This document shows positions 1 through 6,414 of a stretch of 64,000 nt of DNA, one piece after another; the stretch's first letter is position 1; each line of letters opens with the position of its first letter. The translations under genes were made by a program, and so were the position numbers. This DNA is from Cyanobacteria bacterium SIG27 (GTDB lineage Bacteria; Cyanobacteriota; Vampirovibrionia; Gastranaerophilales; Gastranaerophilaceae): contig SUTT01000002.1 in NCBI GenBank assembly GCA_015152565.1, forward strand, positions 18,788 to 82,787. The letters are read 5' to 3'. The notes beneath the pieces were generated by a model. It saw only the letters and a list, made by a program, of their open reading frames with translations. It did not search any database and was not told where the DNA came from.

Positions 1-1213
1 GAGCTTCGTTATATGCACAATAGAAAAAATAAGGCAAAAACGTCAATATTGCAGCAAAATTTAAAATTGAAAAATTTAAAAAAGATTTATATTTTTTTTC
101 TTTTAGTAAAAAGAAACTCAAAAACAAAAAGTTTGATATCATTAAAAATATTTGATAATAATGCGTATTTATAGCACAAATTAACAAAATAAAATACAAA
201 ATATAATATTTTTTATTATTATTTTCTAAAATATTAAAAATTAAAAACACAAACCCAACAACAAAACATGCCTGCATAATATAACATCTGATTTCTTGTG
301 AGTAATATATTAAAGGAATATTTATTGCAGATAACAAAAACCCAACGTTTGCAGCTTTTGAATTAACATATTTTTTTAAAAATAAATAGATTAAAATATT
401 ACAAACTATTCCAAAAATAACAGATAAAATCTTCATTCCAACAAAATCAAAATGAAAAATTAAATTATAAATTTTTAAAATTAAATAATAAAACCAAGGG
501 TTTCCAGGGTCTTGAAAGATTTTCATTATATCGGCATTAGCTAAAGTCGTATTAATTGAATAAATTTCATCCCACCAAGGTAAATAATAAGAGATATTAT
601 TTAATCTTAATAAAATTGCAAGAAATAGAACCGATATAAAAAACGCCTTTTGGCTAAATTTAATTTTAATATCATTTTTGTTATTCAAAAAATATAAAAT
701 TGAAATAAATAATAAAATATATGAAAAAAGAAAGACCCATTTTCCTTCAAAAAAGGACATCACGCCTTTTGAAAAAATATCTAATAAGATATTTCGATTA
801 ATCATTTTAGAGTTTTTATCATATTTTATTTCATTACTAAATTTATATTTTTTATAATCTCCATCAGATGATTTTTCAAAACTTGAAAAATCAGTGTAAT
901 AATTCATTTCAACATCATTGAATAAAACTATGCTTTTAATGGGGTTTTTATGATTTTTATTAATTAAAAGCTCAATATTTTTGCATTTCTTCTTAATGGT
1001 TAAATTTAAAACATCATCAAATTGCTTAAAAAGAAAATAATCATCATCCACTTTTAAAACAATATCATCCTGTTTATCGAGCTTTGTTTCAATTGCAATA
1101 TTAATTAAGTTATATTTTAAATGTCCGCTGTAAATTATCCAACTCAAAATAACGCTAATTACGGATAAAATAATCAACGCATAAAAAATAAAATTTTTTT
1201 TAATGTTACCCAT
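1..1213 (-). CDS. Polytopic membrane protein, GT-C (ArnT/PMT_2-like) glycosyltransferase candidate; 3' end runs off the window
   Basis: Absent from the ORF track because it runs off the window edge. My translation of the minus strand from ATG 1213-1211 gives MGNIKKNFIFYALIILSVISVILSW... and stays open to base 1. It has many hydrophobic segments and a loop motif LPWWDEIYS (a DE motif after an early TM segment, as in GT-C enzymes). An N-terminal TM plus about 140-aa soluble extension precedes the TM bundle. Confidence 0.5.
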   Translation of the reverse strand, partial: MGNIKKNFIFYALIILSVISVILSWIIYSGHLKYNLINIAIETKLDKQDDIVLKVDDDYFLFKQFDDVLNLTIKKKCKNIELLINKNHKNPIKSIVLFNDVEMNYYTDFSSFEKSSDGDYKKYKFSNEIKYDKNSKMINRNILLDIFSKGVMSFFEGKWVFLFSYILLFISILYFLNNKNDIKIKFSQKAFFISVLFLAILLRLNNISYYLPWWDEIYSINTTLANADIMKIFQDPGNPWFYYLILKIYNLIFHFDFVGMKILSVIFGIVCNILIYLFLKKYVNSKAANVGFLLSAINIPLIYYSQEIRCYIMQACFVVGFVFLIFNILENNNKKYYILYFILLICAINTHYYQIFLMISNFLFLSFFLLKEKKYKSFLNFSILNFAAILTFLPYFFYCAYNEA

Positions 1214-1220
1214 CACTTTC

Positions 1221-2420
1221 CTATTTTATCATGTGGTGCATTTTTTCAATTTTTGTTTCAATATATTTTCTATTATATTCGTTTATTATAGGAACTATTG
1301 GCAATCTTTCGTTGATTTCAAGCCCGTAACCTTCTAAGCCAATAATTTTAGTTGGATTATTTGTTAAAAGATTAAACTTGCTAAATCCAAGATTTCTTAT
1401 AATTTGAGCTCCAATTCCATAATCTCTTAAATCAGGAGCAAAACCAAGCGAAACATTTGCTTGAACGGTGTCTTGACCCATATCTTGTAGGGCATAAGCC
1501 TTAATTTTATTGATTAAACCAATTCCACGACCCTCATGACCAATCATATAAATCAAAGCTCCACGACCATAATCATTAATCATTTTAAGAGCGCTATGAA
1601 GTTGATAATTGCAATCGCAACGAAGTGAATGGAAAATATCACCTGTTAAGCATTCGCTATGAACTCTAACCATTGGGATTTTAGTTGATTTATCATCTTT
1701 AACCAAAGCAACGTATTCAGAATTGTTTAAAATATTTCTATAGCCTTTAATTATAAATTCACCAAATTGCGTTGGAAGTTTCGCACTTGCTTCCATTTTA
1801 ATTAAAGTTTCTTTTTTAATTCTATATTTAACTAAATCAGCAACAGTAATTACCTTAATCCCCTCTTTTTTGGCAAATTCTAAAATGTAATCTCTTCTTG
1901 CCATGTGTCCATCGGGAGTCATTATCTCGCACATTACGCCTGCCGGAGTTAAACCTGTTAATTTCGCTAAATCAACCGTTGCTTCAGTATGCCCGATTCT
2001 TTGTAATACGCCACCTTCTCTTGCAACACAAGGGAATAAATGCCCAGGGCGCCTTAAATCAGCAGGAGTAGAATTTTTATCAATTAAAACTTCAATTGTT
2101 TTTGCTCTATCATAGGCTGAAATCCCTGTTGTAACGCCAAATTTCTCATCAGCATCAATTGATACAGTAAATGCTGTTTTCATTGATTCTGTGTTTTGTT
2201 CTACCATTTGGTTCAATTCCATTTTAGCAGCAATCGTTTTATCAATCGCCACACAAATTAAACCACGGGCATTTTGAGCCATGTAGTTAATGTTTTCGGG
2301 CGTTGCAAAATTTGAAGCGCATATCATGTCACCCTCATTTTCACGATTTTCATCATCAACTACAATTACAATTTTGCCATTTCTATAATCAATCAGAGCA
2401 TCTTCAATTGAACTAAACAT
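1221..2420 (-). CDS. ribBA: Bifunctional 3,4-dihydroxy-2-butanone-4-phosphate synthase / GTP cyclohydrolase II
   Basis: 399-aa ORF. The N-terminal half has DHBP synthase signatures (VVDDENRENEGDMI, RRPGHLFP). The C-terminal half has GTP cyclohydrolase II signatures (HSECLTGDIFHSLRCDCNYQL, HEGRGIGL). Confidence 0.95.
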   Translation of the reverse strand: MFSSIEDALIDYRNGKIVIVVDDENRENEGDMICASNFATPENINYMAQNARGLICVAIDKTIAAKMELNQMVEQNTESMKTAFTVSIDADEKFGVTTGISAYDRAKTIEVLIDKNSTPADLRRPGHLFPCVAREGGVLQRIGHTEATVDLAKLTGLTPAGVMCEIMTPDGHMARRDYILEFAKKEGIKVITVADLVKYRIKKETLIKMEASAKLPTQFGEFIIKGYRNILNNSEYVALVKDDKSTKIPMVRVHSECLTGDIFHSLRCDCNYQLHSALKMINDYGRGALIYMIGHEGRGIGLINKIKAYALQDMGQDTVQANVSLGFAPDLRDYGIGAQIIRNLGFSKFNLLTNNPTKIIGLEGYGLEINERLPIVPIINEYNRKYIETKIEKMHHMIK

Positions 2421-2437
2421 ATTATCCCTTATCTAGA

Positions 2438-3058
2438 TTAAAATCCGTTTTCTTTTAAAAATTCAAAAGTTAGTTTTGATTCTTTTTTATTTTGAGTAAA
2501 TTTTTGAATATATTTTGCAAATAAATCATATTCAATATTAACTATATCACCAATTTTCAAGTTTTTTAAGTTTGTATTTCTAATTGTTTCAGGAATGAGT
2601 GAAACTTCAAAAAAACCATCTTCAACGCTTGATACGGTTAAGCTTACACCATTAATCGCAACTGAACCTTTTTTAATGATTAAATTTGTATCGCAATTAA
2701 AAGATATTCTTTTTGAAAAACCATCTTGAATGATGTTTTTAACGCTTGCTGTTGTATCAATATGCCCCGAAACAATATGCCCATCAAGTCTAGAAGATAA
2801 TTTCATAGCACGCTCAAGATTTATTTCATCTTGAGGTTTTAAGTTTTTTAAATTAGAAACAGCTAAAGTTTCTTTCATGACATCAGCGCTAAATAAATTA
2901 CCGTTAATAGAAGTCATGGTTAAACAGACACCATTAATTGCAATAGAATCGCCAATTTTAACATTATCAAAATCAGCAACAAATGATATTCTTGCGCCAT
3001 CTGAAGTTAATTTAAATTCTTTAACAGTAGAAACTTTTTCAATCAAACCTGTGAACAT
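2438..3058 (-). CDS. ribE: Riboflavin synthase alpha chain
   Basis: The track ORF is 2438..3199, but the canonical N-terminus MFTGLIE begins at the internal ATG at 3058-3056. Two lumazine-binding repeats are present (GDSIAINGVCLT and GSVAINGVSLT). The upstream extension is a hydrophobic read-through of the repeat-containing leader. Confidence 0.9.
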   Translation of the reverse strand: MFTGLIEKVSTVKEFKLTSDGARISFVADFDNVKIGDSIAINGVCLTMTSINGNLFSADVMKETLAVSNLKNLKPQDEINLERAMKLSSRLDGHIVSGHIDTTASVKNIIQDGFSKRISFNCDTNLIIKKGSVAINGVSLTVSSVEDGFFEVSLIPETIRNTNLKNLKIGDIVNIEYDLFAKYIQKFTQNKKESKLTFEFLKENGF

Positions 3059-3080
3059 ATAATAAAAATAACACGAAAAC

Positions 3081-3232
3081 GAAAGATATGAAAAAGCCAA
3101 AAAATGACAATTTTTTGAGATTTTTCGTATCTGAGCCATGGTGTGTGAAAATAGCGCTGTATGCGAGAGAGCATACAGTGCCATTTGAAACCGTACCAAT
3201 TTATTGAAAGATATGAAAAAAGCAAAAAATGA
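3081..3232 (+). promoter_or_regulatory. Candidate structured RNA / riboregulator in the ribE-fliM divergent intergenic region
   Basis: A 27-nt direct repeat (3081-3107 vs 3206-3232, about 25/27 identical) brackets a GC-rich island. Segment 3121-3131 (TTTTTCGTATC) can pair with GATATGAAAAA in either repeat copy (3085-3095 or 3210-3220). An 11-bp hairpin (3154-3164 / 3171-3181) has a GAGAGA loop. The imperfect positions are G.U on the plus strand but A.C on the minus strand. Confidence 0.35.
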
Positions 3233-3322
3233 AAGGAATTTAAAGATATATCATCTTTGGATATGATAGACAAAAGCTTTTTCAAATAGTATCATTTTGT
3301 CAAGAAAGCATGCTTATTTAAG

Positions 3323-4294
3323 ATGGACAATCAGAATTTAGAAAACGAAAATTTTATGGAAGAGGATGGCTTCAGTATTGATGCCACTGTTTCTGACGAA
3401 TTTAAAAGAGGATGCAAACTCTATAATTTTAGACGTCCCGATAAATTTTCAAAAGAACACTTAAAAGCTCTTCAAGATATTCATAGGGATTTTGTAAGGC
3501 ATTTGGCTACAATTTTAACTGCTTATCTTCGTATGGAAGTTGAAATTGATGTAATTTCTGTTGACCAATTAACTTATGAAGAATATATCTGCTCTATGCC
3601 ATCTCATGTTCAAAACATGATTTTCAAACTCAATCCACTATCAGGCGAAATCTCAATGGGAATGAGCCCAGAAGTTCTTGCTGTTGTATTAGATAGAATG
3701 CTTGGTGGTTCAGGAGTAATTAATGACACCGGAAAAGAACTAACACAAATTGAAGAACTTTTAACAACAAAATTTGTTGAAAAAATAATCAAAATTTTAG
3801 AAGAAGCATGGAGCACAATTCTTCCTGTTAAATCTGAATTTGTTACTTTGGCAAATGGCTATCACTCTGTTCCAATCACAACAAGCGGTGAAATTGTAAC
3901 ATTAATTTCTTTTGAAGTAAGATTAGGGCAAAAGAACTTTGGTTTAATGAACATCTGCTTCCCATATCCTGTATTAGAAACAGTTTTACCAAAATTAACT
4001 CCGCAATACATTTATCAACACACAAGTGTTAGCGCTAATGAAATTGGAAAAAATGAAACTTTAGAAAAAATTAAAACAGCGGAAATTGAGCTTCAAGTCA
4101 TCCTTGGAACTACCAGCATTGAAATTAATGACATCTTAGATTTGAAAGTAGACGACATAATAAAATTAGACCAAAAGTTAGACAAAGAACTTGTTGCTTG
4201 CATTAATAAGAAAAACAAATTCTACGTTGTTCCAGGATTAATTCAAAACAAAGTTTGCGTTAAAATAGTTAATCAATATCAGCAAAAGGAATAG
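3323..4294 (+). CDS. fliM: Flagellar motor switch protein FliM
   Basis: 323 aa. The FliM core reads LYNFRRPDKFSKEHLKALQDIHRDFVRHLATILTAYLRMEVEIDVISVDQLTYEEY...LDRMLGGSG. A C-terminal SpoA-like region is present. fliN follows directly. Confidence 0.85.
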   Translation: MDNQNLENENFMEEDGFSIDATVSDEFKRGCKLYNFRRPDKFSKEHLKALQDIHRDFVRHLATILTAYLRMEVEIDVISVDQLTYEEYICSMPSHVQNMIFKLNPLSGEISMGMSPEVLAVVLDRMLGGSGVINDTGKELTQIEELLTTKFVEKIIKILEEAWSTILPVKSEFVTLANGYHSVPITTSGEIVTLISFEVRLGQKNFGLMNICFPYPVLETVLPKLTPQYIYQHTSVSANEIGKNETLEKIKTAEIELQVILGTTSIEINDILDLKVDDIIKLDQKLDKELVACINKKNKFYVVPGLIQNKVCVKIVNQYQQKE

Positions 4295-4296
4295 CA

Positions 4297-4623
4297 TTGG
4301 AAAAAGAACCTAAAAATCTCGATATATCAAAACTAGAAAGTGTTGAACGTCCCAAACATAACGTTGAAGAATCTAAAACATATAATTTATTGTTGGACGT
4401 TGAACTTGAATTGTCTGCAATTTTAGGCGAAACCAACATAACATTGCAAAAAGCGCTAGATATCACAAAAGGTTCAATTATCGAACTTGACAACAAAACA
4501 GCAGATCCAATCAAACTTCTTGCTAACGGCAGAGAGGTAGCAAGAGGCGAGGTAGTTATTATTGAAGATAATTTTGGTTTAAGAATAACCAACATATCAA
4601 AAAACGGCACTGACGAGGAATAA
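4297..4623 (+). CDS. fliN: Flagellar motor switch protein FliN (SpoA domain)
   Basis: 108 aa. A TTG start lies 3 nt after the fliM stop. The FliN signature reads LLLDVELELSAILGETNITL...LLANGREVARGEVVIIEDNFGLRITNI. Confidence 0.85.
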   Translation: MEKEPKNLDISKLESVERPKHNVEESKTYNLLLDVELELSAILGETNITLQKALDITKGSIIELDNKTADPIKLLANGREVARGEVVIIEDNFGLRITNISKNGTDEE

Positions 4624-5183
4624 TGAGCGACGAAAAAGAACAAAAAGTTGAGATTAATGCAGAAATTTTAAAAGAAGTATTTAAAATTGCAAACATGACA
4701 CCCCCAAAAGATATTACTGATGAATCTTTATTGGATGCTGTTTTTAAACTTAAACAAGGCGATAATGACATAATGCCTGAACAGACATTTAACCCAACTT
4801 CAAACAATATTTTAGTTATTGATGATATTGGCGTTGTAACTTATCAATTAAAAATTTTACTAAGAAATTTAGGATATAACGTACAAGTTGCAAAAGATAT
4901 TTTTAGCGGTCTAAATACGTTCATTAAGTCAAATTATGCTTTTGTGGTAATGGATTTATTTGTATCAACAGAACAAGAAGGTTTAACTCTTTTAAATGAA
5001 ACAAAAAAAATAATAACAAAAAACAATCTTAATACTAAAATCATTGTAATCACAGCAGATAATAAAACTGAAAACAGAATGAAATGCCTAAATGGCGGAG
5101 CGGATTTATTCTTGAAAAAAGAAACCGGTTGGCAAGATAAACTAATTGAAATGATTGAAAATTTCCGCCCTGAAATAATTTGA
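4623..5183 (+). CDS. CheY-like receiver-domain protein with about 60-aa N-terminal extension
   Basis: The ATG overlaps the fliN stop (TAATG). The REC fold pattern is NILVIDD ... FVVMDLFV ... IIVITAD ... GGADLFLKK. No output domain is present. Confidence 0.75.
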   Translation: MSDEKEQKVEINAEILKEVFKIANMTPPKDITDESLLDAVFKLKQGDNDIMPEQTFNPTSNNILVIDDIGVVTYQLKILLRNLGYNVQVAKDIFSGLNTFIKSNYAFVVMDLFVSTEQEGLTLLNETKKIITKNNLNTKIIVITADNKTENRMKCLNGGADLFLKKETGWQDKLIEMIENFRPEII

Positions 5184-5277
5184 TTTATAGTTAATTTTTG
5201 TAAAAAAATTGCTCTAATTTCTGAATTTATAGAATAAAAATAGCTATAAATTATTTTTTGATACTATAATATGAAGT

Positions 5278-5790
5278 ATGAGAGATAATAGCATATTGAA
5301 CAAAAAAATAGCTCTTTATCCTGGGAGTTTCGACCCGATTACAAACGGTCATCTTGATGTGCTTGAAAGAGCAAGCGCCATGTTTGACAAGGTTGTGATT
5401 GCAGTTTTAAAACATCCTGAAAAAAAATCATTTTTAACAATCGAAAAAAGAGTTGAGCTAATTGAACAGGCAACTAAACACATGGAAAATGTTCAAGTTG
5501 ACAGTTTTGATGGCTTAACCGTTGAATATGCAAGAAACATTGGAGCAAAATTTTTAATCAGAGGTTTAAGAACAATCACCGATTTTGAATACGAAGTTCA
5601 GCTGTGTCAAACAAATCAAGTAATAGCACCTGATATCGACACTGTTTTCTTATCAACAAAACCTCAGCACAACTTCATCTCTTCGAGCATTGTTCGAGAA
5701 TTATCAAATCATAAAACAGATATTTCTAAATTTGTTCCAAAAAATGTGGTAGAATATTTACAAGATGACATAAGAAAGGTTTCAAAATAA
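5278..5790 (+). CDS. coaD: Phosphopantetheine adenylyltransferase
   Basis: 170 aa. The N-terminus has the YPGSFDPITNGHLDV nucleotidyltransferase (T/HxGH) motif. The ISSSIVRE motif lies near the C-terminus. Confidence 0.92.
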   Translation: MRDNSILNKKIALYPGSFDPITNGHLDVLERASAMFDKVVIAVLKHPEKKSFLTIEKRVELIEQATKHMENVQVDSFDGLTVEYARNIGAKFLIRGLRTITDFEYEVQLCQTNQVIAPDIDTVFLSTKPQHNFISSSIVRELSNHKTDISKFVPKNVVEYLQDDIRKVSK

Positions 5791-5791
5791 A

Positions 5792-6346
5792 ATGGCAGAA
5801 ACAGAAGCTAAAATGTTTGATCTGGTTGATGCGCTAGAAGCATTATACGAAGAGGGAATTCCCGTTTTTCCTGGTCGCTCAATTGTAGATTCAAAAAGAT
5901 TATATAGCATTGCAAAAGCTTTTCCAAATGCAATTTCAAATGAAATTAATGACGCTAGAATTATCCTTAAAAAGAAAGATGAAATTCTTCAAGAAGCTAA
6001 ACTTAGAGCAGAAAGAATTATTCAAGACGCCGAAAACGAAAGATATAAGCTTTTAAATGAATCAAGTTTGAATAAAGCTATGGAAGAACATGCTGAAAAA
6101 TTCAGACAAACTGTTTTTGATGAATGCCAACAAATCAAAATGGCGGCGTTCAACGAAGCGCAAGAATTAAGATTGTCTGCCAAAAATGAATCGCTAAAAA
6201 TGAAAGAAGATTCTCAGCAATATGCTCAACAGCTTCTAAACAATCTTGAACAAGACTTAAATAGACTTTATCAAGTTGTTATGAATGGTCAACAAAGACT
6301 TCAAGAAATGAGAAGCGCAGAATCTATTCAACACTTACACGAATAG
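5792..6346 (+). CDS. Conserved coiled-coil protein of unknown function (type often auto-annotated as ATPase/ATP-synthase-b-like)
   Basis: 184 aa and starts 1 nt after the coaD stop. A long charged helical region follows the N-terminal LVDALEALYEEGIPVFPG motif. No catalytic motif was seen. Confidence 0.6.
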   Translation: MAETEAKMFDLVDALEALYEEGIPVFPGRSIVDSKRLYSIAKAFPNAISNEINDARIILKKKDEILQEAKLRAERIIQDAENERYKLLNESSLNKAMEEHAEKFRQTVFDECQQIKMAAFNEAQELRLSAKNESLKMKEDSQQYAQQLLNNLEQDLNRLYQVVMNGQQRLQEMRSAESIQHLHE

Positions 6347-6414
6347 TTAACAAAAATTAAAATTTTAAGCAATTTTAAATCTTCATAGTATTTATCTTAA
6401 AGCAAGGTAATATT

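Noticed and set aside
3158-3179. CTGTATGC-N6-GCATACAG could be a LexA (SOS) box.
   Set aside because: The E. coli-type box is CTGT-N8-ACAG (16 nt). Here CTGT and ACAG are 14 nt apart. It also does not fit the GAAC-N4-GTTC or cyanobacterial RGTAC-N3-DGTWCB types.
3170-3190. Minus-strand TGGCAC followed by GC could be a sigma-54 -24/-12 promoter.
   Set aside because: The GG-to-GC spacing is 2 nt too short relative to TGGCAC-N5-TTGC.
3081-3232. The two 27-nt direct repeats could be a mini CRISPR array.
   Set aside because: There are only two copies, separated by 98 nt. No cas genes are present, and the repeats take part in alternative base pairing instead.
3043-3285. Track ORF 3043..3285 (-), and the 47-codon N-terminal extension of ORF 2438..3199.
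   Set aside because: Both are read-throughs of the intergenic repeat and hairpin region. They are hydrophobic and low-complexity and duplicate the peptide FSYLS from the 27-nt repeat. The canonical riboflavin synthase start MFTGLIE is at 3058.
3059-3322. An FMN (RFN) riboswitch would be expected in the leader of ribE-ribBA.
   Set aside because: I could not find the conserved RFN core (GGGCAGGGUGAAAUUCCC, ACCGGCGGU, AGUCUGGAUGGGAGA) on either strand. The structured element that is present has a different sequence, and its wobble pattern favours the opposite strand. A cmscan against RF00050 would settle it.
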